A DNA stretch of 64,000 bases, taken from the NCBI RefSeq assembly GCF_009914755.1, contig NC_060937.1. One strand, written 5' to 3'. This stretch comes from the human T2T-CHM13v2.0 reference genome, Homo sapiens. Shown piece after piece: positions 40,426 through 53,215 of this stretch. Every line of letters begins with the position of its first letter. Within the stretch, counting starts at the first letter, position 1. Made by a program: the position numbers and the translations under genes. Below the pieces are notes generated by a model. The model saw only the letters and a list, made by a program, of their open reading frames with translations, searched no databases and was not told the DNA's origin.

Positions 40426-42951
40426 CTATGTTTGCTGCTCCAGGACTTCTAAATAGTCAGGTTCAGCATGTAAATTAGCTTTAAGTTCAAAATACTCATT
40501 TTTTGTCTGTTCCACTAATACCTTCCTTGGACGTGAGTACATTAATGTTTCCATTAACTTCAGCTCTTCGTGGGCTCCAGGATAATGTGCCTCCATATCA
40601 GGCTGGAGCTGAGCAATGTTTTTCCTTAGGTATTCTGTGATTCCCAGTTGCTGAAGTTCCCTTTCTTTTTCTAAAATGTTTCTGTACAATGAGCTGGCAT
40701 CTTGGAAGGATAAAAATTCTGTTGATTGGTTCGTGGTTTTGTATTTCATATTTGACCCTGTGAGTGGTGAATGATTTTCCTGTTCCAAAAGACTTCTTTG
40801 GAGATGTTTTGCATCACTTCCTTCTTTCTCATTCCTCTCTTCTTCCTCTTCCAGATGCTTTGGACCAAAGGATGGACTTCTATAGACATGAACCATGGGG
40901 CTCACCATGTGCTGTTCATAGAGTGAGGCAGAGGGTCTTTCAGTAGTGTGATGAGTGGTTTTATGGCCATACATGCTGTACTGAAGATGCACAGGACTGT
41001 TGTCTCTCATTTGCTCATCTACTTGTTTCTTTTTGTATCTTCTCCTGCGGTGAAGAACAAGAACCACTATCCCTGCAGCACAGAAAACAATAGTGATGAA
41101 CATAATCAGAAGTCCCAATATTAGAACAGACAGTGGCACAGCGTCCGTAAGAGATCGTAAAATAGTATCAGCCGTATTTGTTGTTGTTGCAGGAGTGGTG
41201 ACCATAAGGTAACTAGTCTGTGTTGGCATGGATGGGTTATTTACTAAACCTGGACAGAGAATTTCACTATTTAGGGCTTTCAATTCCTTTTTGTCGAGAT
41301 GCCCGGGGGAAGTGCAGAGGATGTCATCTGTCACTGTGTTCTTGCTTAACTTTTGTATCCATTGCTGCAGTCCAACCAGGTCACAGGAGCAGTCCCAGGG
41401 GTTATCCTCAAGGTCAATCTGGGTTAGTAAATCAAGATCATCCAAAATATTACTTACAGGTAGATGGGTAAACTGGTTTGTTTTAAGATTTACCTTAGTT
41501 AGAGGAACCCCTGAAAAAATATGTGGTGGTAAAACTTGGAGGAGGTTGTTATTTAAATACAGGACTTTAAGTTTAGGCATTGGATTAAAGGTTCCTGGCA
41601 GTATTTCCTTAATGGCATTGTATTCAAGATATAAGTATTCAAGATTATGGAGACCAAGGAACATGCCTTTACTTAATTTGGTCAGGTGGTTACCATTTAG
41701 ATAGAGTTTTTGTAATCTCGTTAGGTTCATAAACGATCCTTCTTCAAGAACTTCAATACGATTGTTTCCCAAGTGAAGCATTTCCAAAGTGAAATATTCC
41801 ACTAGATCAGACTTCATTAAACTGTGAATAATATTTCCCGCTAGAATGAGCTTTCTAGGATTTTGCGGAGGAGGTCTCAGATCTGATAAGCTTTCAATGT
41901 TGCGCTCCTGACAATGTATTAGAAGTCCTGATGGGGATAGGACTTTGCAGTTACAAGGAATAGGGCAGTAAGGTCCTGGAAGTTGAGTGGATGGCTTTGT
42001 AATATAAGGTATCAAACCTGGTGCTTTGGTGGGTAGTTTTAGAATGGACGTGGTCTTAGTTGACATGCGACTATCATTTATTGAAGATGTTGCTGCCAGA
42101 TGTAATGATCCTGAAGGATCCTCATGTTCTTCATACACTGGTGGAGTAGGGCAAATAGATTCCTTCTTTAGTCTACTGAGTATACTTCCTTTAAAAAATG
42201 GAGGGCTGTTGCAGACAACATCACCAATTATAGACTGTGGAGGCATGTTCTCCAACCAAGTTTTTAACTGCAATAAGTCACAATTGCAGGCCCATTTGTT
42301 GTCCTCCAACTGAAGATCCAATATTCGGCCAATGTGTTCGAGAAAACCAACATAAGGCAATGTTTGTAATTGATTTCCACGAAGATCTAGATGGGTTAAA
42401 GGAACAAATCGGAAGATGTTTGGAGGAAGACTCTCAATAGCATTGTCATTTAAAATTAACACTTTGAGTCTGTTGAGCTTGCTAAAGGCACTTGGTTCAA
42501 TCACTGTGATAAAATTGTTATCTGCTTGCAGGAATTCCAGGTTTTCCAGTCCATGGAAAGTATCCTCTTTAAGAATTTCTAAAGAATTGTGATTGATATG
42601 AAGTTGTTTCAGGAGGCCAAGGCCATTAAATGCACCTATCTCAATATCTGCAATATTGTTAAATCCAAGGTGTATTGAAATAGCATTGGTAAGCCCAGAA
42701 AAGTCATTTGTGTGAAGCATCGTCAAGCCGTTATTTAATAAGCTTAGTTGGAAAGGTCGTGATGGTGGCACACTTATTTCAGATACCATCTTGATACCTT
42801 TTGCTTCACAATTTATTAGCATTGTGCCATCTTTTTCCTCACAATTGCAAAGAGAATCACAAGAGCCTCTGGATGAGAGCACTGGAGTTTGGGAGTGTAA
42901 AGATATACAGGCAAGGAGAGATGAATAAAAGAGATGAATCCACAGCTTCAT
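40426..42951 (-). CDS. SLITRK6: SLIT and NTRK-like protein 6, 841 aa, entire CDS in one exon
   Basis: ORF from ATG at 42951 (MKLWIHLFYSS...) to TAG. It has a signal peptide, two LRR clusters with Cys-rich caps (CDSLCNC, WACNC, CPIPCNC, WDCSC), a TM helix (LSVLILGLLIMFITIVFCAAGIVVLVL) followed by RRRRYKKK, and the Trk-like C-terminus PDYLEVLEQQT. The 16 extra N-terminal residues in the ORF track run across the splice acceptor. Confidence 0.99.
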   Translation of the reverse strand: MKLWIHLFYSSLLACISLHSQTPVLSSRGSCDSLCNCEEKDGTMLINCEAKGIKMVSEISVPPSRPFQLSLLNNGLTMLHTNDFSGLTNAISIHLGFNNIADIEIGAFNGLGLLKQLHINHNSLEILKEDTFHGLENLEFLQADNNFITVIEPSAFSKLNRLKVLILNDNAIESLPPNIFRFVPLTHLDLRGNQLQTLPYVGFLEHIGRILDLQLEDNKWACNCDLLQLKTWLENMPPQSIIGDVVCNSPPFFKGSILSRLKKESICPTPPVYEEHEDPSGSLHLAATSSINDSRMSTKTTSILKLPTKAPGLIPYITKPSTQLPGPYCPIPCNCKVLSPSGLLIHCQERNIESLSDLRPPPQNPRKLILAGNIIHSLMKSDLVEYFTLEMLHLGNNRIEVLEEGSFMNLTRLQKLYLNGNHLTKLSKGMFLGLHNLEYLYLEYNAIKEILPGTFNPMPKLKVLYLNNNLLQVLPPHIFSGVPLTKVNLKTNQFTHLPVSNILDDLDLLTQIDLEDNPWDCSCDLVGLQQWIQKLSKNTVTDDILCTSPGHLDKKELKALNSEILCPGLVNNPSMPTQTSYLMVTTPATTTNTADTILRSLTDAVPLSVLILGLLIMFITIVFCAAGIVVLVLHRRRRYKKKQVDEQMRDNSPVHLQYSMYGHKTTHHTTERPSASLYEQHMVSPMVHVYRSPSFGPKHLEEEEERNEKEGSDAKHLQRSLLEQENHSPLTGSNMKYKTTNQSTEFLSFQDASSLYRNILEKERELQQLGITEYLRKNIAQLQPDMEAHYPGAHEELKLMETLMYSRPRKVLVEQTKNEYFELKANLHAEPDYLEVLEQQT

Positions 42952-42975
42952 GTTGTCATGTGATGAAATCCGATT

Positions 42976-45356
42976 CTGTAAAATAAAACGCAATAGCAAG
43001 GGACTTTAGTGGGCAGAACTGGGGAGGAGATGAAGCTGATATTTTCAAAATAATAGGTTTTTCTCCAAAAAGCAAATGACGGATTACCATGAAAATATGG
43101 GTACCTTGCTGCATTTACATCATTTGTTTCTTTTCTTTTTTTCCTAATACTCAGACAGGCAAGTCTGGCTGACTTTTAACTTGCATTGTGTTCAAAATAT
43201 AAAATTTAGGTCAAGGGGGATTTAAAATATTATATCATACAATTTGTGCTCACATCTGATGAATAACCTGCATTTTAACAGATGAGAGAGATGCTGCCTT
43301 AGAGCACTGATACTTCACTGTGATGCAAAGTTATATATTTGAAAATATTTTTTAACCTTATGGTCATACATTTAAGGCTGGAGGATTATAGTAAAAGACA
43401 ATTACATAGTTATTAGCCGTAAGCATAGAGAACTGTAGGGAATGTAAAAAATGATAAAAGAATGTATGTGTGCATATGTGTATGTGTGTATGCATGTACG
43501 CATGTAGCATGCATTGTCTTTATATTGTTGAACTGGGTGTCACACAATAACATCTAATAACTGTGTCTGTGTTTTAACCTGCTTCGGTTTTGGCTATATA
43601 TATATATATATACTAATTTTATTGTTTATTTTGAAAACCTTGAGGAAAATGCGTCTTTGATCATGTTATAAAGTACAGTACTATAAGAACTCTTTTAACT
43701 ATTCAATCAAGGGTAGTTTGTATAAGCGTAATAGTATCAGATACATACACTTAAGTGTGACCATTCAAATTTCACTTAAATCATTATATTTAATATTGAA
43801 TTTCTAGAAGCAGTATATTGCTTACTGCTTCTTAATTACGTTATAGATGAGGTGGAAATGATAAAAACTAAAGAAGCAAGATTAATCTTTAACACACATT
43901 TCAGGCTGTTGTAAAAGAATAAACAATGCTTCATATAAACTTCTAGCAAATGACTTCCTAATGAGGTCTTGAAACAGTCTTTAGGGCACGGAATGTCATC
44001 ACATAATTAAGCAGCTTTAAGCCTTTATTAAAAGGCTTAAAGTCGCAAACAATGAAATCTGAAACAAACTGTACCATATTAAACTTTTTGATGATATTTC
44101 AAATTCAGTAAAAGAAAAAAAGGATGGTTCAGAATAACATCACGTATTCTAATCCTGAAACACATAACAAATGCATCTGAAACAGCAATTCTTAAAAAGG
44201 TTTTGCCCTTTAAATGACAGTTATGCAAGGTAAACATTTATAGCTCTAATGAGATCTAATTTTATTTCCTTCCTTTAAATATTATACTTTAAACTTATAT
44301 AAACTAAATTGAAATATAAACACATCTTATGACTATTCAACTTTTCAAAATAGTAATCAGTTTTCATTTTTGTTGTTTGAAATATGAACAGTAACTGAAT
44401 CAAATTAAAATTCACAATCAGGTAAAACATACCAGAACCCAATCAACAATCCTGAAAGTAAACTTGCATTCCCTGAAAACATAGTGTTTTATTGAAAACA
44501 CATATAGTACAAAGTTCCTGAAAGGCAAAAGGCAACTGAAGAAACAAAACAACATACTGCCTCTGTGTAACGGGAAAGTTAGAAGATTTTATTTTTCTGT
44601 AGGTAAATAATTTGATTTTAAACAGCTTTGTGTGCTGAGTTTATAAACAAGCAGCTTGTAGTTGGAGTCTTCAACTTGTGGATTAGCTTCCACAATCACT
44701 AAAAGTACTTATTCATAAATTACCAAGAAAGAATAAGATTTATTTCACCAGGTATAGCATCAGAGAAAATAGTAAATAATTTTTCAGTGATAAACTCTTG
44801 TTATTTTGTAAATCCTGTATGAATTTTATGCTCTTCAAAACGTGCTAGGAAACAGTTTCTAATCTTTTCAGAAACACACACAGATGTGAAAAGTGGTTCT
44901 CTACTGACAATATCTGATACAGTGGTAAAGAGGTCAAAAGATACTCATTGACATGTTTTCTGAGAATACGTATTTTCAAATCAGAAAATAAGTAGCATAC
45001 AAAATGCAAAGAATTATTCAATATTCTGCTTATATTTGCAATTCAACATTCGCATTTGGAAGTGATCCTTCCTTCAGAAAGCACACATATTTAGTTTCTA
45101 ACAACAAACTGCATGTTGCAAAAGAAATAGTGGAATATTATATTTGTTCTTCTCTGTAGCCAGCTGTTAGACTAAATGTCTGCTTCTCAGAGAATACAGG
45201 CATCTGCTCCAGTGTTAGTTGTGCCAGTAAGCAAGAATGAAATTGAGTATCCTTTAATGCAAAGTTGTTTATTTAAAGGAAGCGAACATACAAATTCAAT
45301 CACTTTACTATAATGCAAAAATAAGTATAAGAAAAGCCTGGAAACATTCATCTTAC
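42976..45356 (-). other. SLITRK6: SLITRK6 5'-UTR intron (2381 nt)
   Basis: Minus-strand donor ACAG|GTAAGA at 45357/45356. Acceptor cgttttattttacag|AATCGG at 42976/42975, 24 nt upstream of the ATG. Confidence 0.88.
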
Positions 45357-45862
45357 CTGTAAAGCAGAGACTCTTCCTGACGTTATCTGTAATGCACAGC
45401 TGGAAGAGGTGTTCAAAGTAATTCAATTCCTTTATTAAAAAAAAGAAAACACCAACCACTGCGTACTTTCTTCTCAAATATCACTTTTTGTCAAGTCCCA
45501 TAGCTTCATAAAGTTAAAACCTCTGGTCAAAGATAGAATACTGAGCATTTCATTGAAAATATTTCAAGCAGAGTGCATACTAGAGCATCCTGAAGCAATT
45601 GTCCCTTTTTCCCTCAATTAAAATTCACGGCATACTTCACAGCTATGCTGACTTTTTTGCATATAGTTAACCATTTGCAAGCTGCTGAATGCAGTAAGTA
45701 AACAAGATGTTTAACAGAGCTGAGATTGATCACTCTTGCTTTCTTAGGTTGTAGATCCAAGCTGCAGCAATGTTCTCCTTCCTCCTTTTCTAGTATTTCT
45801 TGTTAGCTCAGTTTGTTATTAGTCAGATTGCCAAGGGCTGGGAGGTAGGCGTAAATAAAGAG
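45357..45862 (-). other. SLITRK6: SLITRK6 non-coding exon 1 (5' end approximate)
   Basis: Ends at a strong donor. The start is inferred from a TATA-like CTTAAAG about 25 nt upstream and a recalled gene length of about 6.6 kb. Confidence 0.7.
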
Positions 45863-45960
45863 ACTTCTTGGCTTTTGACTCAGCCTTTAAGCCCTTCCCC
45901 ATCAGAGCGTTTTAATCTGCCAGTGTCATATAACACAAGAGACAGCTCCACCTTGGGACT
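45863..45960 (-). promoter_or_regulatory. Putative proximal SLITRK6 promoter without a CpG island
   Basis: TATA-like CTTAAAG on the minus strand (45885-45891) and a perfect AP-1 site TGACTCA (45876-45882). GC content is locally raised but CpGs are few. Confidence 0.5.
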
Positions 45961-48155
45961 GCTCAACTCCTCCTCTTTCTGCAAATGGTCTTTCCACTCC
46001 TTTCAATACCAAATATAGTGCAAGTGAATTTTGATGGAAATAATAACACGTCATTTTAAATGCTTAATAGTACATTGTGTTATAGCAAGCTAAATAATAC
46101 GTTATGTTAAATTCTCAACTAACACTGTTCTGTAGTGTTTGCACACATGTGTGCAGGAAACACAAGAATGCTGCCTATAGAGTAGTTGCCTCTTTTTTTT
46201 CTTTTTTTTTTTAAATCTGGTATTTATAGTTGAAATTGTGCACTAACTAGATTGTAAAATGTTAACACGAACTGCTTCCCTGCAATATTTGTATTTTTGT
46301 ATTCACCATTTAACTTTTTTAAAGCCTTATGTTAGGGACTCTAAGTTTTTACTTCATTATTTCTTTCCCTAGAGCTAATATTCAATAATTAAACTTAGAA
46401 ATGAAGATCTTTCAGTTATTTTAATATATTTATTTAGAAGAAAAGCATAATTATTTTAAAATATATTTAAAAATCTTTAAACACAAAATAATTATCATTG
46501 ATAAAGTTCTGTTTATCACTTTCAAAAATATAACATTATATCTTTACAGATAAAATGAAACAAGTGAAATATGTAGATATTACAATAACCTGATTTGTAT
46601 AGTGCTAGCTCAGAGAGAATTTATTCTTAATAGGTTATATCTTAAAAGTTGCGTGTTTCTTCAGCTCTTAAAAGTTTCTGAATCATCACCATTATTACTC
46701 TTGTCAGATTCCTTATTTCTCAAAAAGCCTGTGGTTTAAAAAGTTATTCTTCTTACCTACCTTCCTGAACTTTTTCACATCCAAAGTGCATATACTAGAT
46801 GCTGTCTTTTATTTGTTTATTCTGTTTAGAATAAATACAGATTCTAGAGGCCTTCTATGTAATAGTAGGTGTCATTTCAGAAAGTGCTGTTTTTAAAAAG
46901 GAGAGTTGATATAGTTTAAATCATCAAAATAGAAGAATATCACATTATTATTTAATGACATACACTCAGATTGATATAGTTTTATCGTCTCAGGGTGGTA
47001 TATTGGCTCTAAACACATAAGGGCTCTGTGGGAATTTTCAGTATTCTCACTTTACTTTATATTTCCCAGTAATTAAGTTTCTCGTTTATTTTAATGACAT
47101 TTTGTGCTTTAACATGGAAAAGAGATGATGATACAGAGGAGGGGGTTCGAAAATACAATAAAAATAAAAAAATGAGAGAATGAAGAGTATAAGTGAAGTT
47201 AAATATAAATAATTAGTGTTTGGCACAATTTCCTGCTAGCTGCTAGCCAAATTAACTAAATCAAGGTAATTATTTAGATAGATAGTTAGAAATTAGAATT
47301 TTAATCAATAAAAAAAGAAGGGGCAAGAATAATTTCCCTCCCAACCCTGTAGTCCTAATTTTTCACATGCATTCCTTTAGGTTTTGCAGTCAAGTGCATA
47401 GGAGAAATATTCTAGTAGCATAGTATGTGGAGCAAAATTTTTCAAGCCTACATATGGACAAATGAAAGTAATTTCTTTGTAGATTGACACATGTTTCTCT
47501 CATGTCCTTCAATTTGATCATGTATCTATTTTATCAGTCATATACACATAGCAGAAATTTGAAGATTTTTATCATGAATTCCTTTCCTACATAATGAATC
47601 TTGTCTTTTTAGTGCATAAATTACTGGGCAATTGCAGTAATTACTGGTCAATTCCCCATGATGGTAAGGGAGAGAAATATTGACTAAACACACTTTTTTT
47701 AAAAAAAATTATTCAGTTGTTCTATAAGCTTTCATTGGGAATAAAAAACTAAAAATAAATTATTTGAGGAGCAATCTATAACTTTTAATTTAAAGTGGTA
47801 ATGTTGATAATGAATTACTCAGCATTATCTCAAACTTAGTTAAAATATACACTAGCACATCTGAAAAGATCGTAGACAAGTCTGCTGTTCTCTAGGTTTT
47901 TTTCACTGTAATTCTTCAGTCATTATATCAAATCAGTACTGTAGCCATTTTTTCCAAAATGTTTATTATGGCAGGATATGTGCTAATGATTATTGAACAA
48001 CATTTATTTTAACAATATTTTTAATTTCCAAGTAATCAATGGGAAAGTACTTTCTTAGTGTAGTTTTAATAATAAATTCATCACATGATTATAATAAACA
48101 ATGAATTTTATTTATCTTCCCACCTAATCTATGCCTGCTCCCCCGTAACTTCAAA

Positions 48156-48460
48156 TTATTATTATGTATTATTATTATTGTTATTATATATAGAGACAGG
48201 GTCTCACTCTGTTATCCAGGCTGGAGTACAGTGGTGCAATCGTAGCTCACAGTAACCTCCAACTCCTAGGCTCAAGAGATCCTCCCATCTCAGCCTCATA
48301 ATAAGTACCTGGGACTTGGGGCATGCACTACCATGCCCAGTTGATTCTTTTATTTTTTTTATAGAGATGGGGGTCTTACCAGGTTTCCCAGGCTGTTCTC
48401 AAACTCCTGGCCTCAAGTGACCCTCCCATCTTGGCCTCCCAAAGTGCTAGGATTACAGGC
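48156..48460 (-). mobile_element. AluJ with (TTA)n-derived tail
   Basis: agagacagggtctcactctgtt...cccaaagtgctaggattacaggc. Confidence 0.88.
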
Positions 48461-48480
48461 TAATTATTAATAATAATAAT

Positions 48481-48657
<177 letters not shown>

Positions 48658-51600
48658 TAAATTATGTGTTATTGTGACATTTAACAATATCTCTGCTTTC
48701 AGAGTGTATATTTCTAAAGGGCCAACATAAAAGTATTACAATTGCATTGAATTATACCAAGCAGTCAGAAGAAATAAACCCATCTCTGTTATTAATTTTA
48801 GAGCGGCAGCCTACCATCAGCATATTTTATTGTGCATGAGGACATAGGAAGTGAAGTCCTTCCCTCCCTGCTTTCATGGATGTGGGGAGATCATCTTAAT
48901 AGCCGATGACCTCAAAGACTATGTGGTAGAATGTTTTATGAAATTTGTTGAACTGATAGTGTGTACGGTACAAATAGAATGAAAAGACCAAGAATGAGCA
49001 CTGGAAAAAGAAAAGAAAAAAGTAAAACAATGAGATTTATTCATTCTAAATAGGACCAGTTCCACCTTAGAGTGGCTTTCCACCTTTTTTAGTGTCACAT
49101 TTAAGAGGTAAAGTGAAGATGTGTGAGATTGAGTTTAATTCAAAAATCTGAAAGCCTTGCAGGGAGAGAACTCTGTACCATCTGTGGTGTAGACAAAGGC
49201 ATATTTAAATACTCTGAAGTTAGAAAGTATGAAACTTGGTGATTTGGGGGGGATGATAATACTCTAGGGAATTTTAAATATTAGCTAGTCATTTCACTCT
49301 TTGAAAAAAAATTAAATAATCTTACTCAGTTTCACTTTTTACATACTTATTTGATTGTTTTAAAAGGAATATTAAACACATTATTGGGAAACATAGTATT
49401 GTGGGCTCTGCTTTCTTTGTACTGTCAGGAAATTACACTGAAACTCATGATAATGCTACTAAAATAAAATATAACAAATACTTACAAATAATGCATAAAT
49501 ACACAGTCTCTAGAGACCCTGATACACTAATTTTATAAATATTTAAAAAATTATTTTATTTTGCACCAAAAGTTTTCTTTAAGTTTGAATATACCTTTTG
49601 AAAAGTGTCTTTGTTTCACTAAGAAACTTTAAAAATGCAAAATAAATAAGAAAAAATAAAATTCACTAGCAATTCCATAGCTTAAATTTAACTCAAATGT
49701 TTATTTTATATTTTCATTCTCTTTATTGTGTACACAAGTAATAACTTTTATAAAATGAGAAAATAATATTTAAAAAGAACAATGAGTAAAGTCTACTTAA
49801 ATACACAATTGACTTATTTACATAAATCCAATTCATAGAATATAATAATAGAAGAATGTTGCCTTTCATCTTTTGAAATTGTATGCTACACAATTTTCAG
49901 ATTGTGAACCCAGGGTGTTCTTTCATGTTTCACTGGAAGAGGACAAAAACACTTTCTAAACATTACTTTTTCTGTTGCCTAAGAATAAGAGTTTAATTAT
50001 TATGGATATCTTGACTTCTGATAACAACATACAATTAAACTAAGAGACTAACTTTTAGATGATGAAGAATAGAAAATGTTCCTAACTTTTGCAATATACA
50101 CACATCTGTAGATAAGTAGGTCATTGGCACAATGTTCATCATGTATGACTTATCTCAATGAAAGGTCATGTGTCTTAGAGGACACGTATAAGATAGATAT
50201 AATATTTTATGGATATATAATGGATAAAAAGACTAGAAAAAACACTATGGAAATACAGAGGAAGAAGCGATTAAGTAAGTCACTTTCGGGAATTGGAGGA
50301 AGGCCTCACCATGAAGATAACATTGAACTGGATGTATGTTTAGGAAACTTGCCTTTTGCATTGTACCTTTAACTAAAAGTTTAATTTGTTATGTAAGTCT
50401 TATGTTTCCTCCATACTTAATTTGATCTAATAGCAAAGGTATAAAACTGATACAGGGAGTGCTTTATTCTAAGAGAAGTTTTGTAATAAAAACTTCCTCT
50501 TGGTGGTTTTAATTCAGTGAACACAAAGGAATTCTCTAATACCCTTGTTTAACCTGGCAAAATCTAAAAGAAAACGAAACAATAACTTTCCTCTGAAAGC
50601 TTAAGCTATGACCAGTCTGTCTTCATATAAATCCTATTGAAAAATTTCATAAAAATTCCTACTTCAAATGGAGGACCAAGCAAACTTAAAAAATACCTGA
50701 AAAATGAACCAAAAAAATTGTGAATAAATGTTTACACGATGCATAATGAACAATGTGCAAGAGAACAAGATGCATTGGAATAATTCTAGATTGTGAGTTA
50801 TTTTGACTGTAGGGAGACACTCTAAGGAAGGGCTTATGTCTACTTCATATTTTTTCTCCATAGCACTATAGTATGTGTTGCACATGGAAAACAGTCAAAT
50901 AAGTTGTTTTTTTGGATGTTCTCACCGTTGTGTAATCTTAGGATAGTTACTTCCTTGTTCTTCAGGAATGTATAAAGACAGATTTTTGGCACCCATATAA
51001 CTAAATGCTATGGATCAAGATTAAAAATTAAAAATAAATAAATTGATCCCCTGTATATTTCCAAATGTTGTTTGGTAATTGTACTAACACAATCTATGCA
51101 ACTAAATTATTTTATATTCAGATGCTTAATAATAAGAGTAGGCAAATGCCACATAATTAAATATTTGTGATAGATCAGATGCTTGGTGAACACCCTGCAG
51201 GACATATTAAAATTCCCGGATGTCTTCTATTGTCAATCAAGAATCATACATCACTGCCTCTGCTTATCACCGATTGCTGTGTCATTGAGGGATGCAAACT
51301 TATTTTAATAGCTATAATCTTAAAAAATTATAATATACAACCATTTTACAAAAAGTCAATTGCATTTATTTCAACTTACAATAAAGCTGTCAAAACCAAG
51401 ATTATCCGTATCAAGCACAGCTATACATTTTTTTTTAACTATTATTTGAGATCATCTCTCTGGAGATCATCTCCACATAGTTGAGTAAAAGTAATAGCTT
51501 TTTAATTTTATATGCACAAATAATACTCAAGAAGATGCTGTTCAAAAGCTAATTGCTTATTCTACATATTTAATATGAATGTTATTTTTAGACATCAAAA

Positions 51601-53196
51601 GAGACATATCTAAAATGATAAAGAATTTAAATAATGCCAATGACAACGTAAGGTTGATTAGTTGTCATGCAAACTTAAATGCCAAACTTTACATTTGTCT
51701 GGACAGAAATAAAATACTTTGTTACAACTGCATCTATAGGCTATAAAGAAAGTAATTGGTAAGGTACACATTTGTTGAGAAATAGAAGTGCATAGTTCAA
51801 CAGATAAATTGGTACATTTTTAAGTTTGTACATTTTGACTTCATAACAATGAAATTAACATAAAAAGACATTTACTGAACTATTACTGCCATCAGTGGGT
51901 ATTATATTAACCTACATAGTGAATAAATCATTACTGACAGGTTTTACTGAATGATATTGGCTTTTTTATTAGCAGAAATTTTACTGAAAAATTCCAAAAT
52001 AATATAAGATATAATACATCTTGGTAAATAACATTTTTAGTGTTACATAACTTAGAAACTAAATATTTGTGCTATAAAGAATTCACTTAGATACCAAGAG
52101 AAAGTTATTCGTTTGGAATCAGTCTATAGTCAACACACAGAAATACATTTCACTTCCTATATATATACCTATGTGAAAAATTTAGGCTATAAGGTGAAAA
52201 ATTTAGGCTACAAGGATAAACAGGGGGATATTTTTGTAAATATAATTATCTTTTTGACTATTTTACTGTATACATCTTACCTCTATTAATCTCCACTATC
52301 CCTTCTAGAACAATTTTTCTTTAGAACATTTTTCAAAAGTTTGAGTATCCTATAAAATAATACCATGTATATTTTATGTTTAAGAAAATAAGAATAGCAT
52401 TAGCTATAATTTTCATGTTTCCATATACTGAAATAGGATATAGCTATTATGATATAATAATAATATACAAATACTAATAAAATTATAATAAAAACCAATA
52501 AAATCTATTAATCAAATAGCTACATGAAGTTATGCCTGTTTAAATGGACAGATTCTCCTTGATTCTTCATAAGGAAGAGAGGAGAAGTGACCTAGTAATA
52601 GTCTGTAGGAGGAAATATCAGATAAAATGTGGATATCTTCTATCAGATTTCCCTGGGCAATATAAATCCAAATTCTATCCTCATAAAATATTCATTTGCA
52701 CTAAGTAGGATCTCAAATTTCTTTATTCAAAAATACTTTTAAGTTTGACGTCACCTGACTACAGAAAAAAATACTCTTTTTGTGTCATTTTTTGGGGGGG
52801 ACTAATAAAAATCAGAGAGGTATTTCTAACTAGCAGTCCCTCATTTTTTCTGTAGCTCCCACGTACTGAATTTAAGGAGTTCCACAGTTTCAAACAATTA
52901 TTTGATGGCAAAATTATATTTAAAACCTAGCATGTCTTTCTTAAGAAATGAATTGATTCAAAATAGCACTTACCTGCTCTTCTTTCCTTTATCTAGAGAC
53001 ACGTCTTCCACAAAATATGACTAATCTTTGATGTTAGTAGAAATTACTTTTTAAGAATCCTAGATTTGGGGGAAGAAGGAAGGAATGAAAACAGGGTTTT
53101 CAACCTAAAACCAACCTTGAAAATTTGTATAATATTAATAAGAGTTAAGAGAATCATTCCTAACACCGTCCTTGGTTCAAGGCATTTTTACTCTTC

Positions 53197-53215
53197 TAGC
53201 ACCCCCTGGTGGATT
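53197..53215 (-). promoter_or_regulatory. CTCF core motif
   Basis: Minus strand reads AATCCACCAGGGGGTGCTA versus consensus TGGCCACCAGGGGGCGCTA; the core differs only by a CpG-type C>T. Confidence 0.6.

Noticed and set aside
40764-42986. Several + strand ORFs (60-158 aa) antisense to SLITRK6
   Set aside because: Shadow ORFs expected opposite a long coding frame, with no recognisable domains.
42952-42999. 16-aa N-terminal extension of SLITRK6 in the ORF track
   Set aside because: It starts at a TTG inside the intron and crosses the acceptor at 42976; the ATG at 42951 directly precedes the signal peptide.
52173-52214. 21-bp tandem duplication (similar ones near 30289-30338 and 59437-59464)
   Set aside because: Two-copy slippage duplications without spacer arrays; not CRISPR-like and no evidence of function.
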